DNA of 64,000 nt, taken from positions 171,182,001 to 171,246,000 of the forward strand of contig NC_042999.1 in NCBI RefSeq assembly GCF_006345805.1. The letters are read 5' to 3'. The notes under the pieces were generated by a model, which was given only the letters and a program-made list of their open reading frames with translations, did not search any database and was not told the origin of the DNA. Positions 52,485-64,000 of the stretch are shown in pieces; position 1 is the stretch's first letter, and every line of letters begins with the position of its first letter. This DNA is from Octopus sinensis. Taxonomy: Eukaryota. The position numbers and the translations under genes are program-made.

Positions 52485-54455
52485 CGTGAAAGATTAGTCT
52501 CTGATGCTGATGAAATTCGACTTTTCTTGGGTAAGATATGGAGTTATAAAGGTCAACATAATACTACAGCTAGCCTGAGTAAACAACATTTTATTCCCAG
52601 CAAGAGGTAATCCACTTTACAGAGACAATATCAGAAATATGAGTAAAATGATAAGGAATTGGAAAGCAGCTGGACCTGAATGTGCACAGGGATTTTCAAT
52701 AAAATAGTTCAGAAATTGCTATAAATTGATCGCATGGAAATTTAATATATTGTTCAATGGAGAAGAAATCCCGAGCTGTTTGACGAAAGAACGAACGGGG
52801 TCGTGGCTAAATGATGCGTCAAATGGAAATGCTGCTGACAATTACAGACCAATTTCTTGCCTCCCATTAATGTGGAAGCTACAATCAGGAGGAATCGCTG
52901 AAGAACTGTACATATTTATTGATGAGAACGATATATTACCGACGGAAAAAAGGCTGTATAAGGAGAGGCAGGGTTACCAAACATCACGTTTTGATACACA
53001 AAATGGTAATGCAAGATTGTAAACAAAGGAGAACAAATCTGGGAATACCCTGGAGTGACTATCGCAAAACTTACTATATGATTCTACATTCGTGGATTAT
53101 CGAGTGTTTAGAAATGTTTGGAATTGCAAGAAATATAGCATGATTCTTGAAGAGAAGTATGGTGGGATGGAAAACTGAACTGACATCTTACGGAAAAAGG
53201 CTGGGGAAGCTGGGTATAAATGAGTTCCTTGGTTGAAAATGGTGCATTGTTTTATTAGTGATATTTGAAAGGAATTTGCACCCAAGAATTGCGGAATAGA
53301 GACTTCATTAAACAATTTGAAAGTGAAGGCTACAAATATCTTGGCATGTTAGAGTTTAACAAACATATGGAGAAAGAAATGATGAAGTATTTCCGAAGAC
53401 CAAGGTTGGTATTGCGCTCATAATTAAAATAATGGAATAAATTCTAAGCTGTTAATACATGGGCGATAGCATCACTTTGGTAAGGAGCGGGAATTATGAA
53501 ATGGCAAAAAAGAGATGTGATGACAATGGATGCTAAGGCCAGAAATGACAAGAGAATGTGAACAGTACCCGGAGTCTTTCACCCTTAGGGTGACACTGAT
53601 AGGTTGTACTACGGCCAGTCAAAAAAATATACGGTCAGAAAAAACTATATACGTAAAGACAGATAGAGATGACTGCTGGTTATGGATGAAGAGGAGTGAC
53701 CTGAAGATAGAGACAGAAGCACTCATATGCGCAGCTCAAGAAGAAGAATTAAGGACCAACTATGTGAAGTGCAGAAAACACGACACTACTGACAGAGACA
53801 AATGCAGAATGTGTGGTGAGAGTGAGAAACGTTGTGGCACATCGTTAGCGAGTGCCCCAAATTGGCACAACACAAATATAAAAGACACAATGACAATATG
53901 GTAAGAATGATTCATTGGGAGGTTTGTGGATATCACAGTCTACATAGAGCAAAACACGGTATGAAAACACTCCAGTATTAATCACCGAGAGTGAGAATTG
54001 CAAAATCTTGTGGGATACAATGATTTAGTGCGATCACCTGACCAGACATAAAAAACCGCTCATTGTTGTGGTGAATAAGAAAGAGAGAACATACATGATA
54101 ATCGACATAGCATGCTCCTGTGACAACAGGATCAATGTGAAAGAAGAAAAATAAATAACTATGAAGATTTGAAGTGAGAAATACGAAGACTGTGGTCAAT
54201 CAGGAGAGTAAAAGCGATAACAATAGTAATTGGTGCACTTAGAAGTATCAGCATTCAACTATCAACATGCCTGAAAAAGAATGGTGCAAATGTGAAGATA
54301 GAACACCTACAAAAATCAGCATTCTTTAGAACTGCAAAAATTTTTCGCAGAGTTCTCGAAGCATGACCAGTAAGCAAGTGTCACCTCAGTCTGCTGGCTG
54401 TGGACAGCTGACACTTTCCATCATACCCAGTAAAATGAGCTGTGAGTTTTCATCC
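52485..54455 (+). pseudogene. R4/Dong-like LINE, decayed RT-CCHC-RLE with internal deletions
   Basis: NWKAAGPE, DNYRPISCLPLMWKL, WSDYRKTY..ILHSWI, EGYKYLG, TEALICAAQEEELRTNY, KCRMCGE, KILWD, IIDIACSCD and LQKSA. Followed by (GAT)n(AAT)n. Confidence 0.88.
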
Positions 54456-54488
54456 CATGATGTTGATGACGATGATGATCATGATGAT

Positions 54489-54493
<5 letters not shown>

Positions 54494-54563
<70 letters not shown>

Positions 54564-54574
54564 TAATAATAATA
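54494..54574. repeat. (AAT)n microsatellite
   Basis: Directly visible. Confidence 0.95.
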
Positions 54575-54579
54575 AAGAT

Positions 54580-55025
54580 CAATAAAAACGAGGGCACTGT
54601 ACTGGCAGTGAAGGACCAATCTCTAGCCACAAATAGGATGGTCAACCTTAAGAATGAGCAAGTGTCTACACTGTGCTGCATCTGTAACAGAATGGACAAA
54701 ATCATTGTTCATATCACGAAAAAGATGCTCTAGACTTGCCGCAAACCATTACAAATTGTGGCAACACGATAAGATAGCGAAGTGCTACAATAGAAACTGT
54801 ACGAAAAGTGGGGCCTAGGGAGATGCATGAAGTATGAGCACAACGCACAGAGAGTGGTGGAGTTGGAGACTAGCAAACTCCTGTGGGATTTCCCAATCCA
54901 AACAGATTAAATGCTAGGACATAACAAACCGGACATAGGGGTGGTGGATAAGATACACTTAATGTGCTCTATAGTCGATACTGAATGTCTTTTTGATCCA
55001 CAAATAGTGAAGAAGGAACGCAAAA
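54580..55025 (+). pseudogene. R4/Dong-like CCHC-RLE fragment (family of 49.4-50.0 kb)
   Basis: EGTVLAVKDQSLAT, C..CNR, KLLWDFPIQTD*MLGHNKPDI and IVDTECLFDP. Confidence 0.75.
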
Positions 55026-55299
55026 AATAGATTTTATGCGTATGCATAATTGCTTCATATTGGCAAAAGTAGTTTTGCACCTTTCTACTGCAATTAAATA
55101 TGAGAGTTGTGGGCAATGTTCAATATTCTGTGTACAATATTCTTTAGTTGCGTCCGTTGGTAGATGGGTCCGTCTGAATAGTATGTATGTGTATACATGA
55201 GATATGTCTATTTGAGATTAAGAGGAAGGAAAAAGAATTTCTTTTTCTTCTGAAAGTTCGAAATATGTGTTATTTTACAGGAGCACTGGTATGTGTTTT

Positions 55300-56340
55300 T
55301 GGATGTGTGATGCGTGTAAATGTATGAAAGCAGGATGTAGAAATTTTACGAGGCGGGTTTAGTGCCTTCAATCTGATTTTCTGCTTTTCTTTGTTGGATT
55401 TTCTCTTAAGACAGTATGGATTCATTCGTGCGAGTATATTCTTCTCTAATTTTAATAGTTGTCAGGTTTTATTTTTTTTTAATTTATGGAGAGTGAGTGC
55501 TGTTTCTCTTGTTCAAGTACCGCATTTCCTCGGTTTTTCCATGCACGTCTTCAATCAGCGAAGACATTTGATTTCAGGCTATAAGTGATGTTTCTTTCAT
55601 TACATTTTCCAAGTGCACCTCACCATCGTCGTAGAATATTCCTTTTATCTGACGGCTGATCTATGTTTTTATAATCTTTGTTTGGAAGTACATATCTTCG
55701 TAAAGTTTCTTTGCTATGGTTCTATAGCATGGTTGAAATGTCTTAATTTCTCCTAGACTACTAATGTTATGTTGTTTCATCTAAATGACAAATTTCATTA
55801 CCTCTGCTTGAGGAATCTGGGAAGATGCGTTAGGTTTGGTTTGTTTCGGATGATTTTATTCGCTTGTGGATTGCAAATGTACCTATTTTCATAGAATATT
55901 TGTTGTCCTTTTTCTTTTGTACCTATGATGGTCAAGGAATCGCTTATCAAACAGAATAAACAAAAAGTATCCACTTGGGGGTGTTTTAAAATTCAGAGAT
56001 AAAGTGAACGATGGGGCCGAAAAAAACTTTCCTGGTCTGTTCCTGGATTGTGAATGTTTCATTTTGGGACATACGGGATCAACAACGAAAATTTTCCTCA
56101 TTTGGTAATTATTTGTTGCATCTCGGTTACATTCTAATTCTCTTGACTTCCTTCATCAGTTTCGTTTTGCTTATAAATTCTGCTTCTGACTTCGTTGAGT
56201 TGACAAATCAACAATCTGGTTTAGATCTAATGCTTGAAAACAAAATAATTCTATTGTCAATTCTATTTCCTTTGATTAAGTACACGGCTTCGTCATTGAT
56301 ATCGAAATAAATTCAATACTATTTGTTTTACACTTCTTAG
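55300..56340 (-). pseudogene. Highly decayed Penelope-like linker/GIY-YIG fragment
   Basis: RNRPGKFF..SFTLSLNFKTPPSGYFLFILFDKRFLDHHRY resembles the PLE linker seen at 21.8 kb. Downstream GKCNERNITY resembles the pre-GIY zinc motif. Confidence 0.45.
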
Positions 56341-57479
56341 TTAAGTTATCATTTGATAATATTCTATATGTTTACAGTATCTACATCCTATGTCACTTGT
56401 TTTAACAGAGAAGCACATTTTGAGATACAGGTGTTTCGGAAAATTATGTCTTTCTAGTCAGATTTTTATGCCAATCGATTGGCAGGTAGAATCACAGATC
56501 AGCGAACATTATGTTCACTGAAAATTTAAATAAAGGCCAGCAACCTGACTAGGCACAGCGGTCTGGGGTACTTCTGGCTTATGTGATTTGTCGAAACAGA
56601 AGTACACCGGAATTCTCTACGCCAGTGGATGGGATTGTTTTTTAAACATGAAAAGGGAAGCTTATCTCTTTTGACGTACGCTACAGCGACAAGCGTAGTT
56701 TGCGGCTGAACCTTATTAAAGAGAAATATGCAAATATTCGTTATCTTAATTTTATTTTGTATGTGTTAAATGAATTTAAGAATTTAACCTTAGTTACTCT
56801 GCCTAGGGTTGCTCTTCAAACATTATTAAATCTTTTAATCAAGGGATATATTTCGCCGTCTTTATATGATAATAATCATTGGTAGATATTGTTATTTCAG
56901 GGTCAAAATATTGCGTTTGTTATCTTGCCTACTTCTCACGTAGTACTTTAGTGTACTGTGTATTTGATGGTGCGGAAATATTTTTCACTGTGTAGTCAAT
57001 GCGGGTTGTATATATTACTTAAAAACCTCAGATTCCTTTCCTTAGATTGATTTTAATTTACTAATCATATGTATTAAGCGGCCACATGCATTTGTATTCT
57101 AAATTCATGAGTCGATACAATTATAGATACTACTATGGACTACAATTCAATATTTCATAGCAGTAAACATTAACGATCGAATTGATGCCACCCAAGATAA
57201 GACGTTTTCTAACCGTTCTAAAATTCCTCTCTGGCCTTGTACATAATTTGAAACCAATTTTCTAAAAGCTTTTTATATATAGAGCATGCACTTTATAAGA
57301 TAAAAGAAATCTTGGCCATCTCCGTTGCAAGTCATATTCCATTATAAATGTATGCGCCTATGTAATGTTTTATGAGCCACTTTATGAGTCGTTAATCACC
57401 AGTTTCTAAAACATCATCATTGCGTATGCTTGTATGTACTTCCGAAAAATATGTTACAATTTCTTTCTTAGGAATTACA

Positions 57480-58260
57480 ACCGTGTTTCGTGGTCTGCTA
57501 CCACATCAACTCCTTTATAGGATCCAGTTAGCTCAAGACATCATCAGGAGGAACCACGTCAGGTTTCGGCCCCTACTACTCTACTGTTTTGACGTGGCGG
57601 GACCCCCATCTTTTTGGAGGTGTCTTCAGCTCTGGTGTTGGGTGCATGTCTTCTTTCTTCTTTCTTCTGTTCCCTGGCCTCTTCGATGTATCGTCAGCGA
57701 GTGTCAGCCGGTGACTGACTGTCTTGTCAAATTTTTCCCTTCAAATACCTGCCGCATAGTCTCCAGCAGGCAGCCCCAGTAAGTTGTCACGTGACACTGT
57801 CTCACCTTAACTGCCTAGTGAAGGCGCGTAGTTTTAGCCCGCGCTTTTTCTAAACGACCGTCACCTGTTAGTCAGCTTTTCTCACCTAATGATGTTATTT
57901 TCCGTCGGCGTGTTTATGACTTTCAAGCCATTTTCGGTTTTCCCGCTTCAGCCATATATAGAAGCTGGCTTTTTCGACCGCCTCCTGTACTCTCCTTATT
58001 AGTTTACGAAGCTCGAGGCTAGAAAAACAAATCTTTTGAAAACCGTTGTCATTTTCTTTTCAATGAAGCCTCTAGCCCCCACTGCCAGGTGATAATATTC
58101 GACATTCCATCCCTGTTCTCTGCATTCTTCGATTAGCTTTTCATTTCTCCTTTCGTTCCTCTGCATTGCCGATGTTCTCTTCCCAAGGTACTGTCAGTTC
58201 TAGTAAAATTCCAGTTCTCCGGTCTCTGCTCCATAGAACTAAATCCGGTCTTTTTGTTGT
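57480..58260 (-). pseudogene. HERO-like RLE non-LTR element 3' end plus UTR
   Basis: KRPDLVLWSRDRRTGILLELTVPWEENI...LIEECREQGWNV...LAVGARGF, a PD-(D/E)xK RLE motif of HERO type. Confidence 0.75.
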
Positions 58261-59023
58261 TTTTATTAGTGGAAATATTACTTGTCTTTCCACAGATTAG
58301 GTGGTAGGAAAAATATTCTCTTTAGAGTATTCAATTAGATGTCGATTTCAAGCTCATAGTACTTGGTATGGGCACAACTGTTATATTATAGATGAGTAGC
58401 TAGAAGAAACTTCTCTCAGTATGTAGTAATATAAACTTTAGAGTTTCAAACTATTAATAAATTTTGAGCGGAACGTCTTTGATGATCTGCTAATTCAGTC
58501 AATACTTAAGTGGAAAAAATTGGATATAAGCTAGTAACAATTGTACGCACTGGTATGCTCTGCTTTAGACAAATCAAGAAAAAGAATCCATTCATGTAGC
58601 TAACGCAGAAATTGTTTATACATCTGATCCAGACTTTGTCATCTAGAATCACAGTTAAAAGAGGAAATTACGAATTCACAAATAGATACTGACACGGGAG
58701 AGAGAGAAAGATGGCGAAAGAGAGAGAGAGAGCTATATATATAAAGCGAGAGAGAGAGAGAGAGAGAGCTATATATATAAAGCGAGAGAGAGAGAGAGAG
58801 AGAGAGAGATGTGGGAGAGGCTTCTTGTATGTTGGCAGCAGCTCAATCACTCAAATCATGAGTGATTAAAAATATCGAATTCCATTGTATTATCACGATT
58901 CCCGGGTGCCAAATATCTATATACATATACACGTATAGACATGCACACGCATATATATATATATATATATATACACGTATATATCAGCATAAATATAAAC
59001 ATATAGGTATAAAAGAATATAAA

Positions 59024-59614
59024 TCTATATAGATAAATGTGTAATGGTGTCTGTCTGTGTGTATGTTTGGGGTTACTCTAACTCCTCCCACACCGTCCAA
59101 CCGATTTTCATGATTTTCGACACATAGATAGATCGCATACCCTGAAGTTATAAAACTTGATAATGCTCAACTGAAATCGATTTTTATGAGCTCAATCGAG
59201 CGTTTTAATGGAAATTCCTATAACAATGTTATTTTTCCTGAAGCTTCCACAACTTTTGTCAGAGTTTGATGTAAATCGATGAGTGAGCAAGGCTCATGGC
59301 AGTGAGGTGATGTCAGTATACTGCGTTGACAAAAAAGAAAATTCGATAATTGCGCCTGAGTAGTGGTTTTGAGCGCACAAATACCCATAGGGATTTTATT
59401 TTTGGCAGTAACATATATATTTGTCATCCGATTCTAATGAAATTTGAGATTTAAGTAAATTTTGCGGTAGGGGAGATGGTAAAGGTTTTAATCTACTTCC
59501 AGAGCTGGCACCAACTAATGGACATAAACTGTAATCACGTGTAAAATTTCAACGGTTACAGGTGGGCTTAACTTCAATACCGAAAACACGAGCAACGCCG
59601 GGTCCAACAGCTAG
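59024..59614 (+). mobile_element. Non-autonomous Helitron (second family)
   Basis: A|TCTATATAGATAAA...CACGAGCAACGCCGGGTCCAACAGCTAG|T. Shares the 5' TGTCTGTCT and 3' CGAGCAACGCCGGG motifs with 47745-48141. Confidence 0.7.
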
Positions 59615-60004
59615 TATATATATATGATTATATACACATGAATCTTGGATGTATCAGTCTGTATAGGTGAGTTTGAAAGTATCTCTTTACGTTTTACATA
59701 TGTATCTATATGGATTTGAAATTATTTACGTATGACAGTTCAGAAAATATGTGCATAAGAGAGAAGTAAAGAAAATGCAATATCTACGTTTTAGGTTCGT
59801 ATTAAAATATTAACCGCCAGACATATGTATGTATCTGAAACTGTATTGTATTAACATAAGCATGCTTGCTTAAACTACGCATATCATCTGGCATACATGC
59901 CTGCACGCAAAATAAACAGTCGCTAACAACAAAATATATATGCATATACAGGTAGAACGCAAATTTACATACGCACCTATCTGGCCTTTGCCATGTAGTA
60001 TCTT

Positions 60005-60392
60005 CTTAGCGTATTTCGTCTGCCGCTACGTTCTGACTTCAAATTCCGCCGAAGTCGACTTTGCCTTTCCTCCTTTCGAGGTCGATTAAATAAGTACCAG
60101 TTACGTACTGGGGTCAATATAATCAACTTAATCCGTTTGTCTGTCCTTGTTTGCCCCCTCTCTATTTAGCCCCTTGTGTGTAGTAAAGAAATAAATGTTA
60201 GCACGCCGGGCGAAATGCTTAGCGATATTTCGTCTGTCTTTATGTTCTGAATTCAAATTCCGCCTAGGTCGACTTTGTCTTTCATCCTTTCGGGGTCGAT
60301 AAATAAAGTACCAGTTGCGTACTGGGGTCGATCTAATAGACTGGCCTCCTCCCCCAAAATTTCGGGAGTTGTGCCTACAGTAGAAAAGATTA
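60005..60392 (+). mobile_element. Two tandem SINE family B copies with different 3' tails
   Basis: The GTCGACTTTG..TTTC.TCCTTTCG core occurs twice (~60055 and ~60268). First tail ..AAAGAAATA, second tail ..AGTAGAAAAGATTA. Confidence 0.8.
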
Positions 60393-60982
60393 AAGCCAGC
60401 TTTCAATACAGAGGCGCTGGCCCTGGATAACAAGTCTGCAGTTCAAAGTCACGTCTTTTTCTGCAGTGCCCTGTGTTATACTATTCATAGCTATTGAATG
60501 GATATGTGTGCATAAGTATGTGTGTACATGTTAGTTTACTATATGTGTATTTATATTATAAGTAAGTGAGTTTTATGATAAGTGAATATTCAAACGACAT
60601 ATGCACAGTACAGAGTTACGGAAAATGCAATATCTAACTTTTCTGTTCATTTTTCATTTATACCAGACAGGCATATGAATGTAACGAAAACTTATCTATA
60701 TTAATATACACTCTCACATAAATATATAAGTAGTTTGCAGGTGGAATATTTACTCAAATGGGCACAATAGCACATTCAAGTGTAAACTTGTTTGGCTCTT
60801 TCCTATATAAACTCATACAAACGTCTGCTTAAATACCGCATATCTACTGTCACAGACATCTGCACACAGTCACCAATATATATGGGTGCTTATGTGTGTG
60901 TATTTGTGTGTGTGTATGCATGTATGTATATACATATACATATGTCTATCTTTCTCTCTGACTATATACATACATACACACA

Positions 60983-60984
<2 letters not shown>

Positions 60985-61053
<69 letters not shown>

Positions 61054-61109
61054 ATTGCATACACATACATGCAGGAGGATGTGTCTGTGTCTGTGTTTGT
61101 GTTTGTTTG

Positions 61110-61175
<66 letters not shown>

Positions 61176-61210
61176 GTGTGCGAGAGTGTGTGTGCATGCG
61201 TCTGTGTGTG
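60985..61210. repeat. (TA)n and (TG)n microsatellites
   Basis: Directly visible. Confidence 0.95.
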
Positions 61211-61834
61211 TGCCAACACATAATTTCAAATACCATTTTAATTCTGAGCGCAGACTAGCACACCTGCAGAAATCGAAAATGGCGGACCTATGGAAACTAA
61301 TATGAAAGGATGCATTGAAAAAGAGTTAATTGGATATTTGCTCCATTTTTATAATAATATAGCTTAAGTCTCACAAGAGCGCATAAAGTGATTTATGAAC
61401 ATTCACACGCAAACATCCATACTGGCACATTGATCCACAAGAGAGCCACAAATTGAATTAATGGCATATAGACTTACTTGAATATATTCACTTTCAATAG
61501 CTAGTAATGTAAATAGTTTTTAATTGTTTGCTATTCTAAATTTTATCGAATCAGGAAATATGTCATATGAAACAGTTGATATCAATATCAGCCGGGCACT
61601 CAATTATTGTGAGCATCATTTCTTTGCATTAATTTTATTAAGAGGTATTTTACTGACGCTCTACATTCCAAAACTACGACCAACATGCCTAAATATTTGA
61701 CATTCTTTTTGTTTATACACTTAGCCATTTTTTATACTTACAAAGACGTGTACACATGCAGCACACTTAGGAATATAATTACACGTATATACATGTGTGT
61801 GTGCGTCTTTATGTATGTATGTATGTATGTATGC

Positions 61835-61865
<31 letters not shown>

Positions 61866-61927
61866 CAACGCACATACACACACATCTCGTGTAAAAAAAC
61901 TAAATAAATGAATAAATACGAATAAAG

Positions 61928-62002
<75 letters not shown>

Positions 62003-62641
62003 GATAGATTGATTTAAAAGTAGGTTTGGAAGAAAATATCTTGGTGCACTTAAAATATACTTACAACATATACAGAGAGATTCTATTACATTAAAAATTA
62101 TAAATTTTATTAAAAATTATAAAAAATTTATTGTCGCAGAACTTATGAGCAGACATTTTCGTTTTCCTTTTCAAACAGATTTCACTGTTTTCATTTTTCA
62201 AACACACTTGACATGATGCAGTCTCTTCAGAGAAAGTTTCTTTTTAGTAGCATTGTTCACAAACACCGTTTTAGTCGCTGATTTAGATTTCTTCTCAGAT
62301 ATATTTCTTTTGCATTTTATAGTTGATCATTTTCTTCTGTATTTTGAAAAACACACTATTTTGAAGTTTCCATATGCACAGATCTTTAGATGTTCCCGCC
62401 ATCGATCATTTCAAGTGATGCTCTAAGTTTGAACTGCTTGACCGGTAACTCTCATTGCATAGTAGGCACGTGATGCGGTAAATAAAATTATTTTAACTAG
62501 TAAGAAAAATTTTTTTTTAATCACAGATGAAAGCAGAATTTATATTAAGAACTGTTTGTCACCATCTAAACGTTGCTGATCTAAAAGAACAAACGATTTA
62601 AACCCCAGCGGAACACCTCCTCCAGTTTATTCAGTACTCCT

Positions 62642-62863
62642 GGCAGAAACGTTAGCGCGCCAGGCGAAATGCTTTGCGGCACTTCGTCTGCCGTTACGTT
62701 GTGAGTTCAAATTCCACCGAGGTCGACTTTGCCTTTCATCCTTTCGGGGTCGATAAATTAAGTACCAGTTACGCACTGGGGTCGATGTAATCGACATAAT
62801 ACCTGTGTCTGTCCTTATTTGTCCCCTCTATGTTTAGCCCCTTGTGGGTAATAAAGAAATAGG
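62642..62863 (+). mobile_element. SINE family B with 15-bp TSD
   Basis: TTATTCAGTACTCCT at 62627-62641 and 62864-62878 flanks a family B body. Confidence 0.88.
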
Positions 62864-64000
62864 TTATTCAGTACTCCTCGCGCTCGATATATATTACAAG
62901 CGAGGAGAGCAATTCCTAGCATTGTAACTCGAAGACCACCATATTATATGCTTTCAATCTTATTTGATCATCCTTAAGGATAAATACACGTGTACTAGAC
63001 ATATCGATAGTCTACCCCAGCTTTGCTTCTTATATAAATATTACCCACCCCTTCGTTTCCATTGAATATCTTTTGAGCTTTTCCCAGTTCAATTATTTTG
63101 TAAGTTGTACAAAGATGATGTTCCCAGTTTGTTAACCGCTTTGTTTTCTTCAGGTATGAGTTTAACCTTAATAAAAACTCTTTTAACATTTTTTGGTTGT
63201 TAATAATTTGTGATTCTTCAAAAAGATTTGCCGGGTAGTGTACATTTGGCGGTGTTCTTATTTCACAATGTTTATACTACATGAAATGATGCACTTAGCA
63301 ATATTCAACAAAAAATGCCCATTATAATGAAAATCCATTCAAATTCTTTTATACATAACCACCATATTTTCCACTGCGTTATGTATTTGGAAAAGAATAT
63401 GATAACTGAAAAGTGCTAGAAAATATGGCTTTTTTCTGAGCTCCAGATTTGGATGGAAATTGTAGAAAACATCCTCTAATACTTATTGACTTTGCTTACT
63501 CGACCGAATGTACGCATCTGAGAGACATTCCAAAATTACAACAGAAAAGTTACACAGTGTAATAACATAACATCATTTACATGTAATCTGGATTCAAGAG
63601 ACAGTATATCAAGTATGTTTATGCTTTCTGTAAAATTCAGAGAGATTTCAATATGGACTGGCAGTGTAATCTCACTCAGAAACTTGGTCCGGAGGTCTGT
63701 GAAATGCAGTCGTGAAAAGTGAATCAAGAATATTTGCTGAAGTTATGAAGTGATGCACAAAGTAGTGCTGAACCAAAATTACCTATTATGACGCAAATGG
63801 GTTGAAATCACTTCAGTATGCTTCACATGATATCACCGAGTTGCTGCATATCTGTACAATAAGATGTCAGAAGTATATACAATTATTCATCTGCGTGGAA
63901 GACATTGTAGCAAATTATTCTTATCTTACATTCATTTATACGTCTAACACGTGGATTATTGATAACATGATCATATAGAATCTCCAGTAAAAGCACAATC

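Noticed and set aside
61275-61290. AAAATGGCGG YY1-like or start-codon-like motif
   Set aside because: A single short motif with no CpG-rich promoter context or ORF behind it.

Overview
AT-rich, microsatellite-dense eukaryotic DNA with no intact protein-coding gene. The SINE families and the (TA)n/(TG)n/(AAT)n landscape look like a coleoid cephalopod, probably Octopus (my recognition, not a database result). Almost all ORF-track calls are microsatellite read-throughs or decayed transposon frames. The first 7 kb is a cluster of non-coding Penelope-like (PLE) derivatives sitting in (TA)n tracts. Two of them carry canonical-core type I hammerhead ribozymes with unusually long helix II (527-633 +, 1210-1292 -). 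A ~795-bp x 6.5 head-to-tail array (1691-6830) carries in each unit all three hammerhead core strands in a non-circularly permuted, pseudoknotted order. A diverged monomer at ~34.6-35.1 kb keeps that pairing with compensatory changes, although helix II is poorly supported. The rest is TE debris: R4/Dong-like, HERO-like, RTE, CR1-like and L1/Tx1-like LINE fragments, GIY-YIG PLE fragments, a Chapaev3-like transposase fossil, a Tc1/mariner end, two non-autonomous Helitrons and three SINE families. One L1/Tx1-like element sits in a SINE head with a 15-bp target-site duplication.
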